This document shows, one piece after another, positions 1 through 14,669 of a DNA stretch of 64,000 nt. Position numbers and translations under genes: made by a program. Origin of the DNA: Eledone cirrhosa (taxonomy: Eukaryota); NCBI GenBank assembly GCA_964016885.1, contig OZ024742.1, positions 183,830,001 through 183,894,000 on the forward strand, written 5' to 3'. The notes under the pieces are model-generated. The model was not told the origin of the DNA and made no database searches. It saw nothing but the letters and a program-made list of their open reading frames with translations. Within the stretch, counting starts at the first letter, position 1. Each line of letters starts with the position of its first letter.

Positions 1-351
1 CGATACTTTGGTTCGTGAAGACGTTCCCTGGCAATGAACGGAAAATAGCGAACATAATACGTCATCAATGTTTGTCAGAATGTCGTAATGCAGACAGCCA
101 GGCATGCAGACAGATATAAGGGCGCAACGGAGATCGATAACCAGCGCCTAACACCCCTTTAACAACAGAAAATTGAAAAATAAAAGCTGCAGTTAATATT
201 TTTAGACCGCAATATTAAATGCAAGTTAATATTTTAAATGCAAGTTTGAAGTCAATCGGAGAAGAAATGTGGATTTGTATAGACTTTTCAAAAATGAAGG
301 CACACACACACACACACAGAGACAACTACAGTTTTATATATATGTATAGAT
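1..351 (+). mobile_element. Possible 3' part of a non-autonomous Helitron-like element
   Basis: aagtttgaagtcaatcgg followed by a (CA)n tract and a ttttatatatatgtatagat end, a layout typical of invertebrate non-autonomous Helitron-like repeats; pattern recognition only. Confidence 0.35.
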
Positions 352-435
352 ACTTTAAACTGAGATACCGTATGGGATTTGTTGGTTCTTAAGTAGAATA
401 TGTTGCAGGAAAGCATGACCATTATTTCTAACAAA

Positions 436-623
436 GGCGGTGGATTGGCAGTATCGGTAGAGGGTCGGACGCCATGCTTTGCAGCAAAGAATTACGGCTC
501 TTTATGGTCTGAGTTCAAATCCCGCCAAGGTTAACTTTGCTTTTCATCCTTACGGGGTCGATAAAATAAAGTACCAGTAATGTACTGGGGTAGTTATTGG
601 CCTTGTGGCAAAAGTAGAAACAA
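436..623 (+). mobile_element. tRNA-derived SINE family A, full length
   Basis: A-box-like tggcagtatcgg, B-box gttcaaatc, core ttttcatccttacggggtcgataaaataaagtaccag, tail ggccttgtg..aaagtagaaacaa; more than 20 copies in the window. Confidence 0.9.
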
Positions 624-681
<58 letters not shown>

Positions 682-755
682 GTGTGTATATATGCGTGTG
701 TGTGTGTGTGTGTGAAGAACAATGTTTCACTAAATAAAATGTAACTGGTGTAAAA

Positions 756-873
756 GACGACGACGACGAAGAAGAAGAAGAAGAAGAAGAAGAAGAAGAA
801 GAAGAAGAAGAAGAAGAAGAAGAAGAAGAAGAAGAAGAAGAAGAAGAAGAAGAAGACAACATCAACAACAACA
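756..873. repeat. (GAC)n(GAA)n(CAA)n compound microsatellite
   Basis: Directly visible. Confidence 0.95.
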
Positions 874-1150
874 ATCAGCAGCTGGATGTTATGAAATGGT
901 AGATAATAGCTCTCTTTGTCCGTAAATCGATATCAAAAAGATGGATGGAGAGGCAGTCATTGCCCCTTTGAAAGAGACTACTAATAATCTGTTGGTGGTA
1001 ATGATGGTGGTGGTGGCGGCGGCGCCTACATAATTAATAATTCTATTTTTACTATTTCCATTCGAATAAAATGAATAGATGCATGCGGTATGATGATGGC
1101 GATGGTGATGATGATGATGGTGGTGGTGATGGTGATGGTGATAATGACGA

Positions 1151-1356
1151 AATAATGGTTTCTGATTTAGGCACAAGGCCAGCAACTTTAGGGGAGGGGC
1201 AAGTCGATTAAATTGACCCCAGTGCGTTACTGGTACTTATTTTATCGACCCTGTAAGGATGACAGACAAAGCTAACCTCGGCGGGATTTGAACTCAGATC
1301 GTAAAGGGCCGTGACTCTATGCTGAGAAGCATGTTGACCGACGCTCTATCGATACG
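1151..1356 (-). mobile_element. SINE family A, longer subfamily
   Basis: Reverse complement of the family A consensus with an extra gtcaatttaatcgact segment. Confidence 0.85.
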
Positions 1357-1949
1357 GCCAAATCCAAAACAATTCTTCGGCCCTTAGGAAGGAGACAATG
1401 GGAAGATGTTCCTAATGTAAGCCAGGCCAAGAGTTCTGGAATGGGATATGAGGAAACACTGTAATGCATTAAAAGGATACCGAGTGGATAGAAACCATCA
1501 AGACAGAGTACCGAGGAGAAAATAGACAGAGGGACATTACCATAAGTACAGTTGATGTGAAGGATCAAGTAGCCAAGGTACCAAAGTGGAAAGCTCCTGA
1601 TCCAGATGGAACCCATGGCTTTTGGTAGAAGTGATGTAAATGAAAAAATGGCAACTTAATTGAATGAAGATGTTCAGAGAGGTGCATTTCTCTCGTGGTA
1701 ACAGGAAGAACAACGTTTATAATAAAGACTAACTTGGAGTCTTGCTATGTAATCCTTGGAAAAGTAAAAATTAAAAGGGGTATCATCCAAGGTGACTCTT
1801 TTCACCATTACTATTTGTCATTGCCATTATACCTATAACACTGACACTTAGGAAAGTTAAAATGGGTTACTAATGTGGAACGAGAGGACCATTCATAAAC
1901 CATCTTCTGTTTATGGGTGTTTTAAAACTGTTTGGGAAGATTCTTTATT

Positions 1950-2275
1950 TAAAACAGTTCAGATGTGTAGCAGTGATATCGGTATGGAATTTGAGATCTC
2001 CAAGTTTTCTGTGCTCAATATAAAGAGGGAAAAAAGCAGCTTGTAGTGGATTAAGGCTGTAACCGGGGGAAACAATAGGGGATACATCTACAAAACTATT
2101 TGGGAATTTAAGAACTAAACTGGATGACATTTTACATACAAAAATGAAAGAAAAAGTTTGAGAAACATATTTAAAAAGAGTAAAAAATATGTTAAAATCC
2201 ACTCTGAATGCGAGAAATCTAGTCACTGCAATGAATATCTGGGCAGTTGTGGTGGAATGAAGAAGATATTGGATA
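1950..2275 (+). pseudogene. Decayed R4/Dong-clade non-LTR retrotransposon reverse transcriptase fragment
   Basis: Frameshifted translation SDIGMEFEISKFSVLNIKR...LDDILHTKMKEKV*ETYLKRVKNMLKSTLNARNLVTAMNIWAV matches the R4/Dong pattern DIGMEFGxxKC...YKYLG...LKSKLNxxNKxxAINTWAV. Confidence 0.75.
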
Positions 2276-3514
2276 TATCTCAATGTTTAGAAACATGCTA
2301 ACAGTGAGTCTGTTACTGGCTTATTGCTCTCTATTCCAACATTATAAAGGTGGTGGAGCAGTTATTAGCAATCATCTCATTCTACTCTTTGAGCATTTCT
2401 CTCTTCGGCGATCGTCAGTATGGCTTCTGTAAAGAGCAATTAACTGGAGACCTCCTCTTCTATGTCAATCATTTTCCTTAATCTCCCAACCATAGGTGTC
2501 ATCAACATAAAATCTAGACAGCTCACACCAAACCTTCTCTGCCTTCAGAGTAGGTTTGGCGTGAGACTTCAAAAACATCAAATAGCAACAAGGCAATGTA
2601 GTTCCAAAGATACAATCACTGCTCATATCAAGAAAAAGTCGTTACTAATGCCTGACCTTGCATCGGTGTCGTCATCCCCGCTGCCACCGTGGTTGTCATT
2701 ATTTAATGTATGTTTTGGTCATTACTGATCTAGACACCACTTAGTCAGAGAAACTGGTTTCACAACCTCTTATAATCTTTCTTGGTGATTTTACATACAT
2801 AACGTAGAAAAACTAGATCACAAAGATTAGATTTCTTCTTCAGGGGCAGGAAAATCTCCTTGAACTTAGATTAGTTGCTAACCATCTACACAGCTCAATG
2901 TAATACTGATACCATGTGTGGGATATTGCTGTTGCTTCTGCTGCTGCCACTACTACCACTGCTGCTACATACAGATATCCATGACCATGTTTGTATGTTT
3001 TACAATGAAAATACAACTGTGCTCCTGTTTGATCTCTCTCTCTATATATATATAAAGGTAAATAGCCTTCACTCATGGTGCAGTTGTTGCAGCTCCGCCA
3101 CAGCGTGTCTTCAGCATTTAAACCTGGCGGAACCCATCCATCTCAAAGTCAGAATGCAGAAGACAGAGAAGGAATCGGAACCAGTACTGCATCATATTTC
3201 ATTTATCGTTCTCGGTTGGATGAAGGGTAAAATTGACCTCTGTGTGATTTGAACATAGAGCGTAGAACACCAAAACAAATTTTCAATTCAAGGAACGACT
3301 CTGCCAAATCATATATCATCATTTCATTTTACGTCCGCTTTTTCCCTGCTTGCAAGGGTGGGACGGGAACTGATCCTGGCTTGATTTCTACAGCTGGATG
3401 CCCTTCCTAACACCAACCTCATTTACAGTGAGTGCTGGGTGCTTTTTTGCCGTGGCACCTACACGTCCACTTTACAGTGGAATGATATGGACCCAAGTCC
3501 CTATCATCTCATTT

Positions 3515-3650
3515 CTACAGCTGAGTAAACTGGAGCAATGTGAAATAAAGTGTCTTGCTCAAGGAAACAACACATCACCCGGTCTGAGAATTGAACTCAC
3601 AACCTTTCGATTGCAAGGCCAATGCTCTAACCACTAAGCCATGTGCCTCC
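3515..3650 (-). mobile_element. tRNA-headed SINE family B, 5' part
   Basis: Minus strand ggaggcacatggcttagtggttagagcattggccttgcaatcgaaaggttgtgagttcaattctc is tRNA-like with A and B boxes, followed by ccttgagcaagacactttatttcac; a related copy lies at about 61410-61520. Confidence 0.75.
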
Positions 3651-3738
3651 ATGTGTCTAAACATTTATAAAGTAGTTACCATGTGTCTCAACATTTATAA
3701 AGTAGTTACCATGTGTCTAAACATTTATAAAGTAGTTA
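3649..3738. repeat. 30-bp tandem repeat, 3 copies
   Basis: ccatgtgtctaaacatttataaagtagtta x3. Confidence 0.95.
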
Positions 3739-3865
3739 CTCAGCATTGGATGATGAAGATCCCTAATTTATAAACAGGACACAGAGAGGAATGGAAAGAA
3801 CTTTTAGTGCTTTCGATAAGTATTCTGGTTATTTGATCAACAGCAAATAGAAACTTATATATATA

Positions 3866-4190
3866 TTGTTATGCTTTGGGAGGGTCATGTTGCCAATAAG
3901 AAACACACGCACCAGTTGCTTTCACTCCAATTTATTATAACTCACTGAAGAGGTCACAGAATGTGTGACGTAAGAACTTTGACAATATATGAACAACCGT
4001 CCGGTTGTGGAACCAACCAACCAACCGGAAATTTATAAATTCTTAAATTTATAAATTTAACTTATAATAAATTTGAGTGAAACAACTGGTGCGTGTGTTT
4101 CTTATTGGCAACATGACCCTCCCAAAGCATAACACTATCGGTTTCAACACACGTTTTTAGATAAAGAATCTTGCTAAACAAATTCAGAAA

Positions 4191-4192
<2 letters not shown>
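3866..4192. mobile_element. (TA)n-flanked fold-back element, family F
   Basis: Inverted arms of about 73 bp (3866-3940 and 4062-4134) plus a 58-bp unpaired tail into (TA)n; second copy at 55366-55498 and tail fragment at about 56900-56960. Confidence 0.75.
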
Positions 4193-4235
<43 letters not shown>

Positions 4236-5099
4236 TACATACACTCTCGGATCCTAAATAATGGGGGGGGGGGTAAGCGGGAGGGGGGTCGGTAGGGTAA
4301 TTGTATAGTATACGTTTGTAAAAAAGGGATATCTTGTAATGTTCTTTTTTTGTCATACATAAATTTTTTAAATGTAAAATAAAATAATTATTAGATTCTC
4401 CAGCTGCTATATCGATATCGATATGAGACAAAATTTCACCGGAGATAGATTAGCAAAATTTAATAAGCGGGGTGGGGAGGGAGGAATCTGAAAAATTAAT
4501 AAACTGGGGAATGAGGGTGGGGGTATTAATCAAGACCTGAAAGTACATATATATATATAGATATAGATATATACAATATTTATATATACCTTTCACCATT
4601 TCATAATCGATAAAATAAAGTACCAGTCGAGTACTGGTGTCAATTTAATCGTCTTTCTCCTCCCCCCCCCCCAAAAAAAAAATTACTGGCCTTGTGCCAA
4701 ATGTAGAAACAATTATTTCGTCATGTGATACAGTATGCCGTGTGCTCTATATATCTAAAAAAATATATATATGTCCCCTCTTTTTTCTCTCTTCTTCTCT
4801 CGTACCATCTGTCTTACTCCTCCATATCTCGCTCTCACTTTATCTCTTTCTCTCTCTCTGTAGAAGTATATGATGTGTCTTTCAGTCATTTTGCCATCCT
4901 CCCCCCCTTCTCCCTCTGTAGCAGTATATGATATGACCTTACCCCCTCTCTCACTCTCTCTCTTCATTTCTCTCTTTTCTCTTCATGTCAGTCTTCAACT
5001 GTTTGAGTTTCTTAACTGTCACACACACACACACACACACACATCATATTGCCTGTATACTTATGTGTATGTGTGTAAGTGTATGTGTCTGCGAGTTTG

Positions 5100-5109
5100 C
5101 GACCGTATA

Positions 5110-5166
<57 letters not shown>

Positions 5167-5245
5167 CTGACTACGAGCCTGTCTGTGTATATTTATGCAC
5201 TTGTGTTTGTGTGTATGATTCTGTGTCTGTGTCTGCGCCTGTATA

Positions 5246-5284
<39 letters not shown>

Positions 5285-5361
5285 TGTGTGTGTTGTGTGT
5301 GTACCTGACTACGAGCCTGTCTGTGTGTATGATTCTGTGTCTGTCTCTGCGCCTGTATATA

Positions 5362-5404
<43 letters not shown>

Positions 5405-5982
5405 CTGACTACGAGCCTGTCTGTGTGTATGATTCTGTGTCTGTGTCTGCGTCTGTATATGTGTTTGTGTATGCGTGTGTATCTGTCTACTAGGCTATCT
5501 GTATGTACCTATGCACTTACGTCTGTGTGTGTCTGCATAAGTATATGTGTTTGTACGTGTGTGTGTGTATATATACACCTGTCTACGAGTGTCTCTGTAT
5601 ATCTATGCACTTATGCCCGTGTTTACGTGTAGTGTATGCGTGTAAGCACGCGCGTTTGTGTGTGTGTATGTGTGTGCGTGTGTCTATGCTTCTGTCTCTG
5701 TGTATGCGCCTGTTTGCACAGGTTTGCGTGTGTGTGTGTGTGCATATGTGTATGCATGTGTGTGTCTGTATCTACATATATGTATGTGGGTGCACGTTTG
5801 CGTGTGTCTGTCTGCGTATATATATATATATGTGTGTGTGTGTGTCTATGATTCTGTGTCTGTGTATGCGTCTGTTTGCACAGGTTTGCGTGTGTGTGTG
5901 TGTGTGTGCATATGTGTATGCATGTGTGTGTCTGTATCTACATATATGTATGTGGGTGCACGTCTGCGTGAGTCTGTCTGCG

Positions 5983-6038
<56 letters not shown>

Positions 6039-6069
6039 GGTGCGTGTGCGTTACATTCACATAGATTTT

Positions 6070-6145
<76 letters not shown>

Positions 6146-6189
6146 GCGGGTGCGTGTGCGTTACATTCACATAGATTTTTGATAAATAG

Positions 6190-6278
<89 letters not shown>

Positions 6279-6325
6279 GGTGCGTGTGCGTTACATTCAC
6301 ATAGATTTTTGATAAATAGATATGT
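5100..6325. repeat. Compound (TG)n minisatellite with duplicated spacer blocks
   Basis: gtacctgactacgagcctgtctgtg x3; gggtgcgtgtgcgttacattcacatagatttttgata x3; a block of about 160 bp duplicated at 5690-6000. Confidence 0.9.
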
Positions 6326-6671
6326 CGGCTAGCTACCGGAAATGAGGGCTTTTTAGATTAAGGATTACATATCCCGTTTGTATTTAACGAGACATCATAC
6401 AGATAAATGTGGGATTTCAGTGAGTAAATTACTCAAATAACATTCTTTTTATTATTTTACTGGTTTCAGACATTAGACTGGGGCCATGCTGGGGCACCGC
6501 CTTGATATAGTCGTTGATATCGATCTCAGTATTTATTCTTTTTCAATCTGGTTCTTATTTTATCGATGTGCTTTTGTCGAACTTCTATGTTACGGGTCAT
6601 AAAGACAGACGCAAAATGAATACACACACAAACAAGCAAACACACAGAGAGAAAGACACACACACACAGAG

Positions 6672-6711
<40 letters not shown>

Positions 6712-6714
6712 ACA

Positions 6715-6757
<43 letters not shown>

Positions 6758-6864
6758 CTTACATGTATGTATGTGTGTCGATATCTTTCTCTGTATGTTT
6801 GCTTGCTTGTATATATGTATGTATATATATATATATATACATGCATATATATACATACATATAA

Positions 6865-6927
<63 letters not shown>

Positions 6928-8342
6928 TATATATATACATATATATATGCGATCGGCTTCTACGGTTTCCGTCTATCAAATATCATTTAGAAACCATTGG
7001 TCAATCCATATTACGAATTGGAGATATTTTCTAAAGTTGTCTCGCAATTGGAATGTAAAGTCAGAACCACATGGTGTTTCGAAACCCTTTCTTTAGCCAC
7101 ACTGTCATGTCAGAAAATGTTTTCTTCTTCGAATCCTTTAGCACATATTTTGTTTTATTCCGATATAGTTCATATCAAATCAGAAATGCTTTCAATGAAA
7201 TCACGGTAAAATAGGTATGAGGTTGATATGATCGACCAAATCCATTCAAGGTGGTGCCCCAGCGTGACCGCGGTCTAATGACTGACACCAGTAATAAGTT
7301 GAATCTAACTTATTTAATTACAAGTTTACCCCAGCATGGCCGAGGTCTAATGACTAACACCAGTAATAAGTAGAATCTAACTTATTTTAAATACAAGTTA
7401 TTTTAAAATAGTTATTTAAAAGTTATTTAAAATAACTTCTATCAAAAGTAAGTTAAATTCTAATCCAACATTTTATTGTTAGTTTCTCATTTTAGTGTAA
7501 GTCATTAGAGTGCGGCCACGCTGGGGCACCGCCTTGAAGGGATTTAGTCGATTATATTTTATCGATCTTTATAGATAAAATCTTTATAGATAAAATCTTT
7601 ATAGGCGAGATAGACAATCACGCAAATAAAGACACGCAATGCACACAAACACACACACACACACACAAATATTTCATTCATCATATATCTACTAAATTCC
7701 AGGAGCAAGGAATTGATCTGGAGGGTACACAGTAGAAGAGACTGGCCCGTGGTTCGAGGCAACCGACGTTAACTCGAAACCATGTTTTACATAACATGTT
7801 TATCTCCAATATTTCAAACTAATTTACTATTCATAACAGGGAAATGGTAGAATAGTCGAACAAAAGGTCCAGCAGAATGTGTTCTGACTCAGATTTCTGA
7901 GTTCAAATTCTGTATGTGTCAACCTTACCTTCATCCCCCGGGGTCGTTAAATTAAAGTAACCCTCAAATATTTGAGACGCTAAAATCGAAACCAACACAT
8001 ATTTTTAAGTCCAATAATTATTATATCGATCGTCTTTTGTCAAACCGCATAAAAACGACATACACACACACAGACAGACAGATACATACACACACACACA
8101 CACACAACCACACACACATACACACACACACACGCTCACACAAACACAAACATACACGAATATATATACATGTATATAAAACAAGAATCGGATATTTCTA
8201 AGCATATAGTACAAAGTTTAGCAATGGTTTGCAAACGGAATTTGGTCAAACGAAACTGTGTAAACGGCCTTCGTGTGTATGGGAATACATACACACAAAC
8301 ATATATATGAATATATATACACATATATACACAGACATATGT

Positions 8343-8558
8343 ATCTATGCATACACATATACATATATATGTATGTACCTGTAATTATGTACGCATCATA
8401 TACAATTATTTGTCGATAAAGTGTATTTTTTCTTAAATATATATATGAATATATATTTGAGAAAAAATACATTTTATAAACAAATAATTATATATAATGC
8501 GTACATAATTACAGGTACATACATACATATATATATATGTATATGTGTATGCATAGAT
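8343..8558. repeat. Long imperfect palindrome with arms of about 100 bp
   Basis: gtatgtacctgtaattatgtacgcat... pairs with ...atgcgtacataattacaggtacatac; centre near 8446. Confidence 0.85.
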
Positions 8559-8633
8559 TCATATTTATGTGTATATATATATATAATAATATACATGAAT
8601 ATATACATGAAAATATATTTGTACACTACACAC

Positions 8634-8664
<31 letters not shown>

Positions 8665-8797
8665 CATATTTATATATATATGTATACATACATTTTTATT
8701 TATATATACATACGTATACATACATTTTTATTTATATATACATACATATTTATATATATATATATACATATATATATATACATATACATACATATAT

Positions 8798-8931
<134 letters not shown>

Positions 8932-9001
8932 TATAAGTATATATATATATATGTGTGTGTATGTGTATTTATATGTATATATATATACATACATACATAT
9001 A

Positions 9002-9099
<98 letters not shown>

Positions 9100-9283
9100 C
9101 ATATACATATATATACAGAGAGATATATTTATTTATATATATATACATATATATATTTATATAGATATACATATATACATATATTTATATGTATATACGT
9201 ATTTACACACACACACACACACACACACGCATATATATATATACCTATATAAATATCTGAGTGTATATGTGTGTGTATATATT

Positions 9284-9314
<31 letters not shown>

Positions 9315-9623
9315 ATATATATATATATGTGTGTGTATATGTATAAATATATATATTTATATACATATGTACTGTATAATTTCTGTATTTTATACACATA
9401 TTATACAGTCACTATAATATAATAAATAATAGAATTTATTATTAAACTGAAAGGTTTGCTACGAGTTACCTTGAATTTACGCTAAGGATTGATTTCCTTC
9501 GACGAAACCACAATGACAGAGACCATGAAATTCTAGTGTATATGTGTATGAGTATTTGAACGTGTGTGGGAGACGCCGGGTTTTTTTAATATACGTACCT
9601 TTTTTTTTTTCAATTAGAAAAGT

Positions 9624-9712
<89 letters not shown>

Positions 9713-9720
9713 TATACATG

Positions 9721-9756
<36 letters not shown>

Positions 9757-9790
9757 AAAGAATAGAGGTGTAACACACAAGTTATTATAT

Positions 9791-9973
9791 ATTGGTAAAC
9801 GGAATAGAAAATGCTGACAAATTGTTCACAGTTGAAAAATGCGCAACCGGTAAAAACTTAAAAACTTAAAACCACAACTGAATACTAACCCATACAATCA
9901 CTAATACTCTTTTATTCCTAATTAAATCATTTTTCAACTGTGAACAATTTGTCAGCATTTTCTATTCCGTTTA

Positions 9974-9978
<5 letters not shown>
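9791..9978. mobile_element. Inverted-repeat element in a TA tract (51-bp perfect arms, 86-bp spacer)
   Basis: attggtaaacggaatagaaaatgctgacaaattgttcacagttgaaaaatg at 9791-9841 is the reverse complement of 9928-9978. Confidence 0.75.
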
Positions 9979-10017
<39 letters not shown>

Positions 10018-10091
10018 TGAATTTCCAGTGGATTTCCAACCGATAAGGTATGATTTTCATGGGTACGTCTCTATTTATAAAACAAACTTTG

Positions 10092-10156
10092 TATTTTATC
10101 TGATGAAAGCTTACCAATGTTGTCTGGGTTGCCCGTGAAATATATATAATAAAATA
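10092..10156 (+). ncRNA. Type I hammerhead ribozyme motif (family H5) inside a (TA)n-flanked insert at 10015-10199
   Basis: Stem I tattttat/ataaaata, core CTGATGA, weak stem II, GAAA, 2-bp stem III with palindromic ATAT loop, cleavage triplet ATA. Confidence 0.7.
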
Positions 10157-10220
10157 AATATGTTTTAAAAATATAGTTTCCATTTATTTAATATCATTGT
10201 ATATATATATATATATATAT

Positions 10221-10410
10221 AACGAAGGAAATGTGGTAAGGAACCAGATGGACCATAACGCACCAAAGTTCTCAATACTTAGGGTACTAGAGTGGGTAAT
10301 AGGAACCAGTAGGACCCCGACGGCTGAGCTCAAGCCGCTTCGACGTCTAATTCTCAGAATTAGCCGTCGAAACGGCTTGAGCTCAGCCGTCGGGGTCCTA
10401 CTCGTTCCTA
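10221..10410 (-). mobile_element. Family H1 hammerhead-derived fold-back element in (TA)n
   Basis: Tail plus arms of about 55 bp centred at 10355; carries the hammerhead 3' half gtcGAAACggcttgagctcagccGTC. Confidence 0.85.
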
Positions 10411-10492
10411 TCTATATATATATATATATAATATACCGATTATTTTGTTATTTCTGTTTACCCTTTGCATACATATATATACATATATATGT

Positions 10493-10530
<38 letters not shown>

Positions 10531-10531
<1 letters not shown>

Positions 10532-10607
10532 GTAATCGTTAAAGGTAATACAGATACAGGTTGTGAGTGCTCTGTGTTGAGGATAGTTTTAACGTACGGC
10601 GGTTGAT

Positions 10608-10610
<3 letters not shown>
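10531..10610. repeat. (TA)n-embedded dispersed repeat, family G
   Basis: Near-identical to about 53188-53263 (aaggtaatacag...ttgtgagt(g/a)ctctgtgttgaggatagttttaacgtacggc). Confidence 0.75.
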
Positions 10611-10699
<89 letters not shown>

Positions 10700-10760
10700 T
10701 TGTATATATATATAAATTTTAGTACAGCATTGACGAAGCTTTAGTGTACGGCCAAGCTAG

Positions 10761-10812
<52 letters not shown>

Positions 10813-11011
10813 CGTATATATATATATACATACGTATATATATATATATATATATATTTACGTACATATTTACACTATACACACATACAAATTAGGCATT
10901 GTTATTACTTAGTTTCCAACTAATTAGTTTCTATATAAGTACAACTTCACACGGAGATTTTATATTTTATTAGCTAATTCACCAGCACACAAAAATACAC
11001 ACACACACACG

Positions 11012-11046
<35 letters not shown>

Positions 11047-11078
11047 AATACATATATATAAATATATATATATGTACA

Positions 11079-11126
<48 letters not shown>

Positions 11127-11235
11127 ACAATATATATACATATACATATATACATATTTATATACATATATACACACACATATATATATATACAATATAT
11201 ATACATCATATATATACATATACCTACATACACAC

Positions 11236-11291
<56 letters not shown>

Positions 11292-11294
<3 letters not shown>

Positions 11295-11420
11295 AATGAG
11301 TAGGACCCCGACGGCTGAGCTGAAGCCGTTTCGACGCCTAATTCTGGACTCTACTACCCAAAGTATTGAGTACTTTGGTGCGTTATGGTCCATCTGGTTC
11401 CTTACCACATTTCCTTCGTT
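11292..11420 (+). mobile_element. Family H1 element with one palindrome arm deleted
   Basis: Inverted arm joined directly to the tail ctctactacc...ccttcgtt(AT)n. Confidence 0.85.
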
Positions 11421-11457
11421 ATATATATATATATATATTTATATACATATGTATATA

Positions 11458-11543
<86 letters not shown>

Positions 11544-11592
11544 TACATATATAAATATATATACATATATATATATTTATATATATATTTAT

Positions 11593-11904
<312 letters not shown>

Positions 11905-12061
11905 TCATATATTATATATAGTTTAATGGATTGTAATTTTACGTTACTATTGGTTCACCTAGTTGAGCACTCGATGCATAGGTGAGTCAGGTTTTAGTAT
12001 GGTATGTGGTGTTATGGATTTAGTGTTATAATATAGTCGGCCTCCTATATAAGCTGAATGT

Positions 12062-12705
12062 TAATAATTGTTTCTACTTTAGGCAGAAGGCCAGCAATTA
12101 CCCAGTGTATTACTGGTACTATATTTTATCAACCCCGTAAGGATGAAAGGCAAAGTTAACCTCGGCGGGATTTGAACTCAGAATAATTTTTAATAATAGT
12201 GATAATAATTGTTTCTACGTTATGTGTGTATATATGAGTGTGTGTATGTGTGTGTATAAATACATATATTTATATACATATGTACTGTATAATTTCTGTA
12301 TTTTATGCACATATATGCAGTCACTATAATATAATTGTTTCTACTTTTGGCACAAGGCCAGCAATTACCCAGTGCATTACTGGTACTTTATTTTATCGAA
12401 TTGTTTCTATATTAGGCACAAGGCCAGCAAATTACCCAGTTCATTACTAGTACTTTATTTTATCGACCCCGTAAAGATGAAAGGCAAAGTTAACCTCGGC
12501 GGGATTTGAACTCAGATCATATAATATAATAAATAATAGAATTTATTATTAAACTGAAAGGTTTGTTACGAGTTACCTTGAATTTACACTGAATGTTAAT
12601 AATAATAAATGTTTCTACTATTGGCGCAAGGCCAGCAATCAACCAGTACATTACTGGTACTTTATTTTATCGACCCCGTACGGATGAAAGGCAAAGTTAA
12701 CCTCG
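12062..12705 (-). mobile_element. Cluster of three 5'-truncated SINE A copies (12062-12184, 12332-12519, 12600-12705)
   Basis: Match to the family A reverse complement; the middle copy has a tandemly duplicated 3' end. Confidence 0.85.
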
Positions 12706-12844
12706 AATGAGTAGGAACGAGGGGTCCCGGTGTCATCATTATGTTTAATTAGGCGCGTCGCGCGGTTCGCGATTGATCAGTTCAAGGTACAACCTATCAC
12801 ACATAAATAAACATAAGGATTATACTTTGAAACCTCGTTCTACT

Positions 12845-12901
<57 letters not shown>

Positions 12902-13138
12902 ATGTTATTTAATATATAAATGGGTTCTCCAGGACTAGAACTGATTATACACACACACACACACAGACAGACACACACACATATATATATGTGTGTGTGT
13001 GTGTGTGTGTTCTCTTGTGTTTCTTTCTCTGATATATATATATATACATATATATATATTTATATATATATATACATATACATATATACATAATACATAT
13101 ATAAATACATACATATATACATACATACATATATACAT

Positions 13139-13188
<50 letters not shown>

Positions 13189-13203
13189 ATAATACATATA
13201 TAA

Positions 13204-13283
<80 letters not shown>

Positions 13284-13579
13284 TTAATCTGCGGGGAACT
13301 ACGCAAAATCCGACAAGTTTACCTGCCTACAAACTTAGTGTGTTAACTTATATATACATTTCCATGTACAATTACTCAGCCTCGGTTACCTCTGGGTACA
13401 CACAGATAACAGTTTATTGTTTCCAATACTGGTTGGGTAGAGTGCAGAAATTTAATCTCTAAGTAGAGGAATATCAGTAACCTCGAAGTTTTAGCTTAAA
13501 CGTTTCATCTTGCTTGATCGCTTTATCAGACAACTTAAGCAATGCCGTTGAAAGTTCGGAGAAACTGTTACCTTTATAC

Positions 13580-13623
<44 letters not shown>

Positions 13624-13640
13624 ACACACACACACACACA

Positions 13641-13691
<51 letters not shown>

Positions 13692-13697
13692 CACACA

Positions 13698-13753
<56 letters not shown>

Positions 13754-13812
13754 ATATACCACAACAATAACAAAAGGTGAAAATAAAGAATTTCTCAGTG
13801 TGTCGAACGCAA

Positions 13813-13863
<51 letters not shown>

Positions 13864-14096
13864 TGTGTGTGTGTGTGTGTGTGCGTAGATACATATATAT
13901 ACTTATATATTATATATATAATACATATATATATATATATAATATATATATATATATACACACAGATATATATATACATATATATATACATATATATATT
14001 TGCATATAACTTATTTCATATACATTAATTCATAGACATATGTATATATATATATACTTATATTATATATATATATATATACATACATATATATAT

Positions 14097-14141
<45 letters not shown>

Positions 14142-14142
14142 C

Positions 14143-14225
<83 letters not shown>

Positions 14226-14323
14226 CATATAAACACATATACATATATATCAATTTATATACATATATATATATGTATATATTTTATACACACACACACA
14301 CATATATATAGTGTATATGCGTG

Positions 14324-14363
<40 letters not shown>

Positions 14364-14669
14364 GTGGAAAAGCATTTTTTTCTCAAATACTGAAAAAATG
14401 AAGCCCACAAAGACACACATGATCTCTCTCTCTCCTTCTCCCCCCTCTCTCTCTCTCCCCTCCCTCATAGTTTTGTATTTAACTTATTTTACAAAGAGAA
14501 ATCCATTAACATTTTTTTTTATTCTCGGACTGAGGGTGTATTAAACCTCTAAACTTTGATCGAGTATCAAGTTCAATAATTATTGCTGTTTGGCTTTTAT
14601 TTTGATCAGATGTATTATGCATGTCCAACACTACTTTCTAACCTTTCTGGATATTCAATTATTACCCAC

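Noticed and set aside
1360-1940. Possible decayed L2/Jockey-like LINE fragment on the minus strand
   Set aside because: Only faint motif resemblance across frameshifts; it needs a translated HMM search.
3575-3650. tRNA gene on the minus strand
   Set aside because: It continues into a SINE body and lacks a clean cloverleaf and terminator, so it is a SINE head.
9475-9525. CTAAGGA...GAAAC...GAC hammerhead-like trace, with similar traces at about 10705-10765, 14525-14570, 44140-44205 and 59645-59695
   Set aside because: Each needs several core or stem substitutions. They may be decayed family members but are not supportable individually.
10221-10410. H1 palindromes as MITE TIRs or rho-independent terminators
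   Set aside because: The arms are not terminal (one side has an unpaired tail of about 75-80 bp), arm length and turning point vary per copy, and the context is eukaryotic.
13485-13545. Minus-strand CTGATAA...GAAACGT hammerhead-like motif
   Set aside because: The core is mutated and stem III is essentially absent, so it cannot be folded convincingly.
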